From: Camelus ferus
Lineage: Eukaryota
Assembly (NCBI RefSeq): GCF_009834535.1
Contig: NC_045698.1
Location: forward strand, 2,978,001-3,042,000
Length of the DNA stretch: 64,000 nt
Reading direction: 5' to 3'
Shown: in pieces, positions 39,521 through 53,679 of the stretch
How positions within the stretch are numbered: position 1 is the stretch's first letter
Layout of the letters: each line of letters opens with the position of its first letter
The notes under the pieces: generated by a model
The model's input: the letters and a program-made list of their open reading frames with translations, nothing else
The model's database searches: none
Told to the model about the DNA's origin: nothing
Program-made: the position numbers and the translations under genes

Positions 39521-42500
39521 TAATCCCTTGTTATTTATTTGTGTTCTCTATTTTGCTTTATAGTATTCTGTTGTATGTTTGTATTAACTTATGTAGTTGG
39601 TGATTTAGTAAATCTGTACCTTGTTAATGAATATTTACATTGGTTCAATTTTGCTATTAGAAATAACGCCATAGTAAGTAACCATATACATACTTTTTTT
39701 TCTGTTAGCTAGGGTAAATTCCCAGAAGTGGAATTGTTAGGTCAAAGTATACAGGCATTTGTAGTTTTGATAAATATGCCAAATTGCCCTCTACAGAGGT
39801 TGCACTAGTTTACCCTTCCAATAGCTGTGGTTAACAATGTTTCCTCCCTCCCTACTTCCCTGAAAAAGTACAGAATCAAACTTTCAGATTTTTTTCCATA
39901 TGGTAGACAGACATGGCACCTCAGTGTAATTTTAATGGGCAGTTCCTTTAGTATGAGTGAGGTTGAGCATCTTTCTTTAATATTTGTATTTCCTTTCCTG
40001 TGAAATCTTTGTTTGTACCTTTTGCTTTTTTTTTCTGTTGGATTGTTGGTCTTTTTCTTATCAATGAGGAACTCTGTCTCTTAGGGAGAACAGTACTTGG
40101 CTAGTGATATTCATCGCAAAAAGTCTTTCTAGTTTGCCATTTTTCTCAGATTTGGTTTTTACGTATTTCTTTTTGCTTTTGCTGTTGTTGTTATTCATAT
40201 AGGAAAATTTGGCTTTTGTGGTAAAATTTAACTATATTTCATGGCCTCTCAAGTTTAGTCAGACCTTCCTTTCTCCAAGATTATTAAGTAATTTTGCCAT
40301 ACTTTCTGGTCCTTTAATAGTTTACATTTTATAATTAAACCCTTGAAACATCTGAAGTAATTCTGAGGTGTAGTGTGAAGAATGGGTCCAACATTAATGT
40401 TTTCATAAATCAGCCCAGTTGACCCAATACCTCTTATTGAAAAATCTATCTTTACCTTCCTTATTTTAACTGCCATATTAATAATATTCCAAAGTCCCAG
40501 TGCATTTCAGTGTATTTCCTTTGGTCTATCTCTTCATGTGCCAGCTCCACATTATTTTAATAGTGGAGATTTTATTATGTGTTTTAAGATCTTGTGGGGC
40601 TATTCCATTGATTTTTCTCTCATATTATTTTCTGAGTTTTTTCTTTTCATGTGAGCTTTAGGATCAAGGTTTTATTACTCCCAAAATATCTGTTGTCATA
40701 TATTTATTGGCATTATAAATTGGTAAATTAAATTGTAAACGATTATATGTATTTATTTTTGAGTATTCATGTTCAAGGGCATGGTATGTATATTCCATAT
40801 TCTATATTCAGTTCTTTTTATGTTCTTCATATAATATTTGAAAGTTTACTTCATGTCGATATTGCTTATTTCTTGTTAAATTTTTCCTAGTTATTTTATA
40901 TTTGGGTTTTGTTACTTTTAATGGGCACTTTTTCCATCATGAAGGCTTTTCAAACTTATATATATTAATTATTTTTCTACTTTGTATAATTTCTGAATTT
41001 TGGTATTGTTTTCAGCAATATATCACCTGATTCCCTTAGTTTTTTCAGGGAACATATTATCATATAGGGAGAGCATTGTCTTTTCTAATTTTTTATCTTG
41101 ATTTATTTATCTCTGATCTGATTGTGTGACTACTGCCTCCCACGTGTTGTTAGGTGATATTGGTGATAATGATCGTGATGAATGGTCAAATGAATTATTT
41201 CACATACTAATGAATCAGCAATCTCACATATACATATATATATATGTAAAAAATCCTAAATGAAAAATGAGTAAACATAATCAGAAAGCATTTAACAGAC
41301 ATAACCATTTAATAATCTTGTGGAGCTGATTCCAGATGTAAGGATGGTTGCATATAAGGAAATCTATTGATCTAATCCATAATATTAACAGATCTAAAGA
41401 AAAAAAAATATGCTCATCTTCATACATGCTGACAGGCATTTGGAAATATTCAACAATTATTTATGATTTTAGAAAAATTAATAAATCAAGAACAGATGGC
41501 CATTTTGTAATCGATAAAATTTGTCTTCTTTTGTCCAAAAGCTCGGATTCCACTCAGTAGTGAAACACAAGAAGCATTGCATATGGGCAATTTTAGTGAA
41601 CATTCTACACACACAAAGAAAGAAGATATTGCCTCTATTTTCAGGGTATAGTATTTGCTCTGTGTAAGGCAGATCTTGTTACTAGTTGCATTATTCGGAC
41701 TTTTAGATACTCTTATTTTAAACCTGGTCTGTCGCAGAGGGCGAGGGATGAGCTGAAGTGCCCACTACTCACGTTTCTTCTGTCTCTTCTTGCAGTTCCT
41801 GTAATTTCTGCTTTGTTAATATGGCAACTACGCTATTTCACGCATGACACCTTCCTTGTCAACAGTTCATTTTTGTACTAGAGTTTCTTTTTGTTTTTTA
41901 TCTTGTTTAATGTTCTCACCTAAACTGCTTGTTTTGTCTGATCTTAAAATTATGTCCTATGTTTTCTTTTTCTCTTTTTCTTGCATATCTTAGCCTATTC
42001 TTTAGTTTTCCATTTTTAGAATGTATTGTTTTAAACAGAAGAGCATAAACTTGGGTTTTACTTTATGATTTAACTGAATTTTTAAAACTGCTTATTTACA
42101 TTTATTGAAATAAGAAACATGTTTGGTCTTGGTTCTTTTATATTATTTTGTAATTTTCTATGTGTAAGTCTTTAATATGTGTTCAATTTTACCTTGCTTT
42201 TTTGTGAATAGATTTCTGATATTTAGGAAGGCAGGCAGTTTTGATTGTTTTAGTGGTTATTTTTATAATTAAAACTTAATACAGTACCCTTCATCCTTTG
42301 GTTATTTACACAGTATCTGTTAATCCCTCATGTAAGCAATAGCAAAGAGAGCATCTTTTTGCTGTCTTATGGATCATTCATTAGCATCAATTTTAGTGAA
42401 TAATGATGTATTTTAGCATTAATATTATTCTGCTAAATATCTTTATATTTCTCTTAATATTCCACTTAAAAAATGTATTTTTTCCCTTTGTGACATCTTT

Positions 42501-45500
42501 ACTGATTGCCTTATTTCACGTTGTGAAAGCACATTACCCTTGTGTTTTGTTCAGTCCCCCTAGTTAGTCATAGTTTACACCTGGGGTTTAGTGTCCATAG
42601 TCACTACTTGACTGGCTGACCTTCTTCCTCTGTCGTTTCCCCATGTGGAGCTTATGGAGAGAAAAAATAAACCCTTGGTTCTTGTGTGCTAAAGACAATA
42701 ATTTTGACAGGATAGATCTCGTTTTTAGATCAGTTTTTCCTTGACCAAAAATGTGGCCTTTTAAAACAGATTTAAATAGTCTTCATTTCAGAAAGAAGTT
42801 ATTAAAGCAGACATGCTCCCAGGAAGCCGTCCCTCTCTATGGCGCCTAGGAAGCCTCTTGTGCTGAAGAAAAATTTCTTCTGTTTCATTTGTTTTATTTT
42901 ATACTTTTGGAGACTCCAATGATTGATATATTGGGCTTCCATTTAAATTTTAAATCACCTCTTGATTTAAAAAAGATGCCTACAGAGAATTTAGTTAGGA
43001 TTGCTTCGAATCTATAAATCCATTAGACAAAATTGACATCTTAATACAGTTCAGACTTCTGATTCATGAATACTATACATATGTGTATATATATTTTTTT
43101 CATTTAGTCTTTCTTTGAATTCTCTCTTCAGTTTACAATTGTTATTGTACAAATCTTGAACAATTTTATTAGAATTTCAAGATTTTTGGTCTTATTGAAA
43201 ATTGTGTTTTATTTAAGATTTTCACTACTTGTTCGTTGCTAATGTATAAAAATACAATTGATTTTTGTGTATTAACTTTCTATAGCATGATATTGCAGAA
43301 CCCACATGTTATATCTAGTACTGTTTCTGTAGATGCTTTGGCATTTTGACATTGATAGTCATCTAGTCTATGAATAGAGATAATTTTAATTTTAATTTTT
43401 AATTTCCTCTAATGCCACTTCTTCATTTTTCTTGTCATATAGTAGTGGATAGTTCCTCCATATATTTTGGTACGCAAAATAATGCCCCCACCCAAAAACA
43501 GATGTTCACACACTAATTCTCAGAACTTGTGAAAATGTTCCCTGAAGTAGCAAAATGGATTTTGCAGGTGTAATTAATAGTATGGACCTTGAAATAAAGT
43601 GATTATTCTGGATTATCCAACTGGATGTAATCTAACACGTTGAACCTTAAAATTACAGGAATCCTTTCAGGTAGACTTGCATGGCTGAGAAGAAAGAAAC
43701 AGAGAAGACCTCTGATTGTAAGAGACTCAGACCACTGCTAGTGGTTTTGAATGTGGGGAAAGGGTCCATGTGGCAAGGGATGTGGGCAGACTCACAAGGG
43801 AAGTCGAAACAGCCTTCAGTGGACAGCCAGAAAGAAATGGGGGACCTCAATCTTATAACTGCAAAAAACTGAATTCTGCCAATGATCTGAATAAGCAGGA
43901 AACAGAGTCTCCTCTGTGGCTGCTACTTAGCAAGAAGGCCCTGCTGACAACTATGTTTTACCTGAGTGAGATCTGTGTCAGACTTCTGACTCCCAGATAC
44001 ATAAAATAATAAATCTAGGTTGTCCTAAGCTACTGAGCTTTTGGTAATTTGTTGCCACATCAGTAGAAAACTAACACCGGTACTGAATAGAAATGTTGAT
44101 AAGGGACACCTTTGTCTTTATTCTCAATCTTTGGGGAAGTACTGTCTGTCACTGTTAAGTGTATTAGCTGTGGTTCTTTGCAGATGGCCCTTCTCACGTT
44201 AAGGCCATTTTTGTCAAGAATGGTTGTTGAATTTTGTCAATTTTTTTTTGCATCTGTGGAAAAATGGCTTGGTTTTTCACCTGAAGCACAGTGATGTAGT
44301 GAATTACACTGATCAATTTACAAATGTTGACCAAGGCTTTCATCACTGGAATAAATACCACTCAGTTGTGACTTCTTAGCTTTTTTTGTTTTATTGTCTT
44401 AGCCTTTTATGTATTGCTGGATTTGATTCCCTCATGTTTTGTTAAATATTTTTGTGACTATGTTCTTTAGGGTTATTAATTTATATTGTTCCTTTTTTGG
44501 GAATGTCTTTGTCTAGTTTTGATGTCAGAATAGTGTTGGGCTCATAAAACAAATTTGGAATTTTCCCTGGTCTATGTTTTCTGGTTTTCTGGTAGAGGTT
44601 ATATAAAATTGGTATTTATTTTCTGCAAGTATTGGTAGAATTTGCCAGTAAAGATAACTGAATCCAGTGAGAATATTTTAAACTAAAAATGTAATTTTAA
44701 TAGACATTATACTATTAAGGTAATATATTTATTTTTGAAGGGGCTTTAGTATTTTGCATCAAAATCTATTTGTTTAATCTAGGACATCGTGAAATGTGTG
44801 TGTGTGTGTATGTTTAGTAATATTACCCTACCATCCTTTTAATATCTATACACTCTCCAGTGATGTCATTTCTTCTATTTCTGATATTAATAACCTATGC
44901 CCTCTCTTTTTTTTTAATCCTGAAAAGGTCTAGCTAAAAGGTTTGTCAATTTTGTTGATCTTTTTCAAACAATCTGCTTTGAATCCATTGATTTTTCTGC
45001 TTTTAATTTTATTGAATTCTGCTATTTTATTTGTCATTTCCTTCTTTATGATTAATTTAGGTTTAATTTTCTCTTCCTCTCTAATTTATTAATTTATAAT
45101 TTTAAACAATTAATTTGAAACATTTCTTATTTTTAATTTAAACATTCAGTGCTATAAATTTCCCTCAAAGAATTTCTTTATCTACATCTCATATATTTTT
45201 GTACAATGTCCTTCAACTGTAATTAATTTTATGTGCATTTCAGTTCTCTGTGTGATTGACCCTTTCATTCAGGGGTATTTAGAAGAATGTTGTTTATTTC
45301 TCAAATTTTGGAGGACTGTCTAGATACCTAATATTGATTTCTAGTTTAATTTACTGTAATCAAAGAAAACACTGTGCACAATTTCAACTATTTTAAATCT
45401 TTTAAAGTTGAATCAGTTTTATTTTTTGGCAGCAAGTCAGATTTCTCAATGCTATTTGATGAACCATCTATTTTCCCCAATAATTTAGACTATCACCACT

Positions 45501-45540
45501 ATCATATGCACTAATCTCATACATTTTTGAACCACATAAA
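39520..45540 (-). mobile_element. Mosaic of old antisense L1 fragments, with a short sense-strand L1 piece at ~41240-41580
   Basis: Continuously T-rich with antisense L1 motifs (cccagaagtggaattgttaggtcaaag, attgatttttgtgtattaactt, gtctagctaaaaggtttgtcaattttgttgatcttttt). Confidence 0.8.
43465..44076 (+). mobile_element. MaLR LTR (MLT1D/E-like) inserted in L1
   Basis: ggtacgcaaaataatgcccc...aactgaattctgccaatgatctgaataagcagg...ttggtaatttgttgccacatcagtagaaaactaaca. Confidence 0.85.
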
Positions 45541-48074
45541 AGTATTTGCAATGTCTAATGCAGCTCTGAGGAAAATATATTTAATTTGCATTGTAGTGTT
45601 TGCATGTGAACTATATTCCAAAGAAAATCCATTATGGGCATAAAACAATGAGCAATTCTGTGGACAAATTTATTTTTCCATATCATTTTTAATAATGCTG
45701 CAGAATTTTTCAGAGATTTAGTCTACATCCTTCCAAATAAATATTTTTTGCCAAGTTCACTTTTCTAACACAAGGGTCAGCATTCTGGGCTCTTTCAAGC
45801 AATATGGATTCAAAACCTTTTATGCAGTTAAAGAAGGGCATTGTTTTCCGTCTTGGCTTGACTTACAGCATTGTAAATGCCAAGACCATGAAGATACTGT
45901 TGATTTAAGATGGCACATGTTACCCTGGCTTGTGCTGTACTCAGAAAGAATATTCAAGTAATACTTTAAGATCCAAGGACAAAGGTGAAGACTTTTTCAA
46001 AAAATTTCTAATCATTTATTTTTTAAAGCACTTGAAAAGGATAGTCAGCGATGCACAAAAAGCACAAGAAATACTTCTGCCTGCCCTGGGGGAACAGCAC
46101 GAGGAAGAGGCAGGCATGCAAATCAGAGGGAAGGTGACACCCAGAGAATTTAAGCAACAGCGTATCTGTATCTGCATCTCTATCCACGCCATCTCTATCT
46201 GTAACTGGATCTGTCTATATTTATACATAAAGGGTTCAGAGCAACCTTCTGAAATAAATTCTCGCTGTGAAAGACTGAGAAAAAAGAATGTGAAAAAGCT
46301 TTCCAGAGACAGTGCTTTCAAATCTGTCGTTGCTCAGGGGGCCTCAGAGAATCTACCTTAAGAGAGAAATCCAAGCTCCTGACAGAATGAGGAAAAGAGA
46401 CTGTGAGCTGAAAATCAGTTTATTGTAAACTGAAGCACTCTTTCTAGAAGGTAGGTGTATGAAAGCTTTGCACAGACAGGAGTGTCCCTCTCATAACTTT
46501 TTTTTTTTAAGGAAGTGGGTAAGTAGAAAGTGAACAACGAACAAAGCATAGCTCCATGGAAGTCACTCCTTAGTAAAAGATCTCTCAGTAATGACTAGGT
46601 CCTTAGGGTTGTTCTCCAGAAAACTGCATTCATTTTTTGAGGAGTAGTTCCTACAGCTTTTTCTATCCCTCGCATCCATTTCTGAATATGTAAGCGCACG
46701 TACACAGACACATATACATGATTCTATTTTTTTTTTTTAAATCAGGAAGGCACCTTGGCCCTGCAATGACATTTCGTATTGACAGTGCCGTCCAGAACAC
46801 CAGTTCATTGACGATGAGGCTCCTGTATTTATGGAAGAAATATTTTCTTTATTTTCTTTACATACCTCAAGGCATGACTATCTTGCATCTTTGCAAAGTG
46901 CCCAGGGCAGAGTACTCTGGTGCTATCTGTTAATACCAGAAGGTTCTGCATTACATATTTTATGTTAAGATGCAGAACAGTGTCACCTAGGGGCCTCAGA
47001 TCTTTGAGGAAAAACGGTATGTTTGTAATGGGAGTGCACCTTTCCTTCATCAAGTCACTTTTCCAAGCACGAAGAGATGTTAATTTTTTGACCCTTCGTT
47101 CATGGTCTCATTACAAGGAATTTTCCATAAAGGATTTATCGGATGTAGTGAAAGTGAAATGCACACGTGAACTAAGCGGGGAGAAAATGGAGCTGGGGCC
47201 GTGCGTCTCTTGAGTTTGTGGTTAATATTTAAATATCTCCCAGGTAGCCCAGGTCCCTCTTACCCATTATTTTGACTTAAACTAGAAATGTTGGTGATTA
47301 GCCTCCGAATTGGGTTGACTTCTTCTTAGGGTCCCTCTTCTTTCAGAGAAGCAATAAAGCAAGAAACAGCACTGCTGTTTTTACACAAAGCAGATATCTA
47401 CCAGCCACCGAGTAGTCACAATTTCACTATTTTATTCTAAATATAGTACCACTTGTGCAAGAAAAAAAAAGGTATATGTATATACATTATTGGTTCGGGG
47501 AACTCTAAGGAAGCCGCAAATGACAGTTAGTTCCGATTGTCAATCTACACGTTTAATGAGAAACTCTGCCTGACATAATGAACCCTGGTGCTTCCCGCTG
47601 GAATCATTTTAAACAGAACTTGCGTCTACAACTCGAGGGTGTCAGCTTTCGGCCTCCGTCATGGCAGCTCGATGCGCTGTAATGGCAGGCGTTTTCCCTG
47701 TGAACTGTTAAGCATGTACATGCAATCACCACTCATTTACCGAGATGGAGAGACGCGTGTGTGCGCGTGCGAGCAGAGCGGGCGGCCGGCAGAGGATGGG
47801 TGTGCGCCCGAGTCATCCAGACAGACTGAAACGTTTCATCCGGACAGGACATGTCCCATGTGAGCGTTAGCCCAGGGAAGGAAAACACGGGGAGAGAAAG
47901 TAGCATTTTGCATCCCAAGGGCCACGAAAAAGCCAACCTAACTGAGTCGCAGTTGCAGGGACCCTGCCGTCCGGACCACCGCCTGCAGGCAGGTGCAGGC
48001 TTAGTCTGGGCACCTGCCCACGTCCTGGGTTTGCCTAAAATGCTTTCTCCTCTCGGCCTGCCGCGGCAGGTGTG

Positions 48075-48239
48075 AGGCTGGCGAGCAGAGCGATGCTGTT
48101 TCTCTTACTCTGAGAACCTGCGTGCGGGGTGCGGGATGCGCCAGCCTGCACCGCCAGGGCTGCCCGGCACCGTGCGCTGTGCAGCCCGCTAACCCCCTCG
48201 ACCGCCTGTGTCTGCGCGCTGAACGTCGCCCAGACTCAG
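48075..48239 (+). other. Probable non-coding first exon (5' boundary approximate)
   Basis: Ends at the strong donor CAG|gtaaga inside the CpG island. Both ATGs in it close before the donor (MLFLLL*, MRQPAPPGLPGTVRCAAR*). Confidence 0.55.
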
Positions 48240-48291
48240 GTAAGAAATGGGAGCCAAGTGTCCCTCATCTTAATCACTAATTAAAAACAGG

Positions 48292-48329
<38 letters not shown>
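48292..48329. repeat. Poly(A)38 tract
   Basis: Uninterrupted A run with no adjacent SINE or L1 body. Confidence 0.95.
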
Positions 48330-48331
<2 letters not shown>

Positions 48332-51300
48332 CTGTTCCCAGCTCCCTCAGCATCAAGGTAACAGAAGAGGGGACCCGAGTTCCGCCCTCCGCCTCCCTCA
48401 CCCACCCTGCCGTTTGCTTTCTGTTTGTCTTTTAATGGGGAGCGAGCTCGGCCTTTTGTCTGTGGCCCCAAAACCTCCGCCTGGTAGGCTGGAGGGGAAA
48501 GAAGGCAGGTCGTGTCATGCCGCGAAAACAGTGAGAGGCACAGATAATTCAGGTTAAGTCAAGCCCAAGTGCCGGTAACTGTCACCAGGAGCCGCAGTCA
48601 CAGGCAAACATGGAGCACACGAGGAGGCGACAGTGGGCCCAGGGAAGGTCGCAGCCCCTCCACATGCACCGCTGCCCGCCCGATGCGGGTGTCCCCGCCG
48701 CCAGCCCACGGCCAGGCCTTTGACAATGCTGCCATCTGCTGCTGCGCCCGCGGGCGGCGCCCGCACCTCCCGGGGCTGGAGCGGGGGGAGGGGGAGCAGG
48801 GCGCGCCTTTGTTCAGGGCGCAGCCGACCTTCCCTCCGCGCGGGGCAGGGCCTGAGGGGGTGCTGGATCCTCGCCGCAGGGGTGCCCCCCGCTTACCCAG
48901 GTGTGTCGGCCCAGGCGGAAACCAGACCCCCCGCAGGAGCCGCGGCGGCACGTACGCGTTAGGCAGCCGGCATCTTTGCAGAGGTACGTGCACCGAGGAT
49001 GCTCGGCTCTAACAGGCGGTCCGCGCTGGGATTCGGCTCCTCCTAGGGCGGCAGCGATTTCGGCCTCTGCTCTGTCGCCGAGCAATTAAATAAAGTGCCA
49101 CAAACAAAACGCGAAGGCGGCTGGCGTTTTTCCTTCTGCAGGAGAAGGAAGGAAAACTCAATGAGAGCCTCTCTCGGGCTGCGCTGTGATAAGGAAACGT
49201 GGCCATAAATAATGAGACCTTGTGCAATTGTGTTGTCAGAATGGTTCCGACGGATGAATGCAGAAACGTGGTGGAATCCGGGCCCGCCTCCCCTGTGCGA
49301 TCTGCCCCCGCGACGTGCTCGCCCCCGGCCTCGCCTTGAGAACACACACTCTCTAAGGCTCCTTCAGGCCACTCACGGCGCTGCGCTCGCCTTCCTTTAT
49401 TGTCTGCTCGCCTGACGATGTGGGGGTTTGCCAACCACAAAGTTGGATCCTCCTGAGGAATGACGGTCTTTAGATATTTTGTGATTTTTTTTAAGAATTC
49501 TTTTTGGAAAAGTGATTCTCTAGTGTTTTTCTTTTTACTCTTCCTTGGTTTGGGTAAAGAAAAAAAAAAAGTTGGTCGATTTTGGACATTGTGAATGGAA
49601 GAACATTTGAATCATCTTTCAAAGTCACTATTTTAGAAATAGCCTCGTTCTCACAAAAGGGTGATTTAATTATCTGATGTCAGTGTCCTAGCGCAGTGAA
49701 GACAATGTGCAGAGTGGATGGATAATGAGGGGGGACAGGGATTAAGCAGGACCCAGGGATGGGCCAGGAGGGGGGCCAGTCTGAACTCAGGAGTGTGGGC
49801 AAAGAGGGGGTCTTGCAACGCCTGTGGCCTCTGAAGGAATAGCATGGAAATCAGTGAAATGAAGGCTAAAGCAGACCAGATATTTGTAATTACTGTCATA
49901 ATATTAACTGGTGGAAAAAAAAAAAAAAAGAAGAAGAAGAAAAAGAAACAAAAACACCATTACCCAAGAAAAGCAATGGCTAAGAAATCTTTTTATAATC
50001 GACTCCCAGCAGAAGTGGGCATAAGAGCATTGCCCCCCACTCTGCCTGCTCCCTACATTTCCAGGGGGAAAAAATTCATGAAACTGACTTCTCAAAAACA
50101 TTCTTGAGTATGAAATTTTATTTTGGCTTCTGGTAAAATGGGTGTTCTGAAATGAGCTATTTAAATAAATGTATTTCTAGCATAAAGAGGACATTTGACA
50201 TAAATTGAGGGGGACCTCAAATTCATAATATTTTATCAAAATCAGAAGTGTGACTATTACCTGGAACAAAAAGGATGAGTGAGTTCAGTGGTGGTGTTTG
50301 TTGACCCCAAGAACAAACACTTTTCCTCCTTTTTATCAGACTCTGATATTTTGCCCTAGATGGTAGGTTTTGATTTTAATAGATATGTTAAAATATCATG
50401 AATCCCTGAAAATTATACCAGTCCTCAGTCTCTGATTATAATGTAGCCGCCTTAGTCCTCTGTCTGTAACCTCCTGTCTTTTAAAATATGTGACACCTCC
50501 CCACGCACCCACACTTGGCACACAGCTAATCAAACATTTTAACTAAAACACATGCAATTTGATGCAATTATGATCACTGGTTGGAAGTGGATCCCTCTGC
50601 ATTGCCACAGTCACAGTGCACAAGCCCTTCCCTGACTCATTCCTAGGAACTTGGTCACTGGGCCCCTTCACCGTAAGAAGCAGTGGGACCTGGCTGACAA
50701 AAACAAGCTTGCACCCAACTCACCTATAGGAAGGGGTCTGAAAAGGCTGCCAAGGCTGTTTGGAAGAAAAGGATGATAAATTCCTGCAAGCATCCTAAAC
50801 TTTTTGTTTAAAATAAACACGGCACTGCATTTCCACAGGTAAATAGGGGTTTTCTTTGTTTCCTGATGTCAGCAGGTAGCAATCCCTGATTGATGTGTAC
50901 TTTATTCCCAGGGATCAGGTTGCAAATAGTTATCGCCTATGATAAAGCAAGAGCCAAGTGTGTGGAAAGAGAAGACGAGACCCCTTGGCCCTCCGGGCAA
51001 CAGCAGTTCGCTCTGATCCCTGACCTGTCTGCTGAGAGCTTCTCTATCAGATCTAACGTGCTAAGGTTCAGGATTCTCCAATAACTCACATTCCAGCATG
51101 TGCTAGGAGTTACATAATCATGTATTTATTTTTGAACTGGCTGTTTGTAATGTAAATATGTAATATTCATTCTTTCCCACTTAGAATGGTTTCTGTAAGA
51201 GGCATTCTGGAGCTCTTTTGGCAGCGTGCCGCCTTCTGAATCACAGTAGCAAGCCAGGTGCTCCCCAGTTTTACCTAACCAAACTATGTTCTTTTTCATT

Positions 51301-51641
51301 TCTTTCCAGTTTCTCCTGTTATCACACTGACTTTAATTGTTTTCCAGATATTTTTTCTGAGTCTTTCTGCCAACCTTCCTGTTTAGAATTCCCCCAAATC
51401 GCGACACAGAAAGACAAAATGCTATTCACTGTTATCTCTGGTTCTTTTTATTCTTTCTCATAAATCAATCCTTTCAGCTGCTTTATCATGTTTGCTTCCC
51501 TTCTTTGTACTTTTGAGTTTGTCAACATCATTTTGATAATGAGGTGCACCGAATCGTGTGGGTCTGTCTATCCGGGTGATAGACACAACGCCGGGGTCTC
51601 ACAACCTCACAACACAGCGACAGCAGGTAGAGATTCATGAC

Positions 51642-51643
<2 letters not shown>

Positions 51644-51676
<33 letters not shown>
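51644..51676. repeat. (CA)n microsatellite
   Basis: About 16 perfect units; another (CA)n lies at ~17509-17536. Confidence 0.95.
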
Positions 51677-51680
<4 letters not shown>

Positions 51681-52729
51681 CCTGTACCCATTCCAGCAGC
51701 CCGATCAATTTAAAGGTCTGTCTTATTTTAACTCTCAGTACAGAGAGAGGCCAGTGCACTGCAGCGTGATGCCAGAGGGGCTTACGCGTAAACCCTGCTT
51801 GACTTGGAAATCAAAGAGAGGTGAGGAGAGTTCAGGTTTTCTCAGGCTGAGGTGTGAGACTTGCCAAGAGACAAGGCTGGACTAATAAGGTCTGAAAGCA
51901 GCTTTATCTAGTTAATCGCAGCCCTTGACATCACAGGACAAGGTGCTAGTTCCTCGTGTTTATGGCCGGCGCCACAGTGAAAGCGAACATTAAAGATTTT
52001 ACTCTCTGCACCGGCATGTCGAATAAAAACGCAGTGCGAACTTAAGAAATTGTACCCCCGGCCTCTGCGCTCCTGTTGCAGGAGGAGGTTCAGGATGACA
52101 CTGACGTGTAACAGATGATTCCCCACGTTTTGCCATCTACGTCTGTTTCTGGTTTCTCACCTGTCCTGAAAGTCCTGAGTTGTCCTCCCAGTCTGTCTCT
52201 TCTTCCTAAGACGGGGTGCAACCCACGTGGTGTTGCCCCTCCTGTCAGGCAAGGCTTCAGAGAGCTGCGGGACGAAGACTCTTCACTGTCATTGGCGTCA
52301 CCTGGATGGCACTGAAACCCCGGAGCTGGCATATACATTTCAGAGCGACAAACAAGCACACCCGGCTGTCCCTTTGAAGGCTTCTGAGACACATCCTGAA
52401 AGACGGCAGTCCTGATTACACTGCAGTGTTTTCATTTCAGGTGTCATCGTGTTCATTCATAATTTGGGATTAACACATGTACAGAAAATCATATAACTAG
52501 GGGAGTCCCTTCTTTCTTTTAAAAAAGCTTATTTATGCTCGATGTTCGTAGAATACCACCTGGACCTTAGACTTTTATGATTTCAAACGTGTTTCCCGGG
52601 GCAGCATCTGTGATTCTTCTGCAGAGGACCCCTGGATTTATACAATGCTGCATTGCCTCTGATTGAAGAGCTGCATGAAATCTGAATGTTTCTAAAAGAG
52701 AGTGTTTACTCTTTCACACGGAGGTTTTG

Positions 52730-53130
52730 CTGGCTGGAAGCCTGGTCTCCGGGAGACGCCACACCTAAAGGAAAGGAAGGCCGCAGGCCGCTGTCTGAAC
52801 GGTTCCGTTGTGTTGGCGGAATCACGCTGCAAGCGAGCGGCTGGGTTCTGCCTTCTGCTCAGAAATGTTCCCGCTGAGCATTCTGCAGGCTCAGCCTTGG
52901 TGAACATTTTGAGCCAGTGGCCCAGGCTGTGAAATAACCCGGCACGTCCCGGTGACCACCGCCTGCCCCCTGGCACAGCGCGGGGAAGTCGGAGGGTGCA
53001 GGGGGCAGCCGGGCGCCGGCCGGAGGGCGAGGGCCTGGGCGCGGCGGGCCGCCGCCTGCAGCACCGCTCCGCGGCCAGCCCGCCTGTGGGCACCCGGCCC
53101 AGCGCCCGCCGGGGACGTCGGCGGGTTTGG
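52730..53130. promoter_or_regulatory. Second small CpG island (alternative promoter or enhancer)
   Basis: Very GC- and CpG-dense core at 52940-53125. Confidence 0.7.
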
Positions 53131-53188
53131 CCATTCCCCTGCTATGGATGCAACACTCGGGAAGAATGCAGTTTGAACCCAAACTTAC

Positions 53189-53344
53189 CTGATCATAGCA
53201 CTTAGGCCAGAAGCCTGTTAACACTAAGCCTGCAAAACACGTCCTCCCTTCGTGGCGCACCTCCCAGATGGACACAGGATCCCAACACCCTGGAGTGAAA
53301 GCTGACTTAACTGCACTGGGCCAGCATTTTACTTTGTTTGCCTT
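53189..53344 (-). ncRNA. Candidate internal exon of an antisense transcript (156 nt)
   Basis: On the minus strand: branch-like tactgac, then ttttattctcacacacag| acceptor, and consensus donor CAG|gtaagt. Confidence 0.45.
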
Positions 53345-53679
53345 CTGTGTGTGAGAATAAAAGTCAGTAAGTTGCTGTCCATAAACTAAACAGTCTCACA
53401 CCCGATAGAGGTAGGAGGGGGCCGTCTGTTCACAAGTAACGAAAAGGAGATAAACAGGAGATACGAGAAAAATGATTCGCAGCATGCTCCAAGAACACTT
53501 TTAAGAGCATTTTTAACCTTCACTTATTTACATGTATTTTACATACATTCATGTATTCTCCCTGAATTTGTTGATCTTCTGCCATGTGGGAGACATACTT
53601 CTAGGGTTAGAGACACATGAAGAACACACTGTACACACATGCACAGGCCCTGCCCCCATCCTGAGGACGGTGAACAGCT

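Larger units (their letters stand above)
47600..49420 (+). promoter_or_regulatory. CpG island and promoter of an unidentified gene
   Basis: Abrupt rise in GC and CpG density, GC-box-like motifs (ccgccc, cccgcctccc), no interspersed repeats, and a splice donor inside. Confidence 0.85.

Noticed and set aside
48554..49440. Several overlapping 100-147 aa ORFs
   Set aside because: These are expected in stop-poor CpG-island DNA; they are Arg/Pro/Gly/Ala-rich with no recognisable domain.
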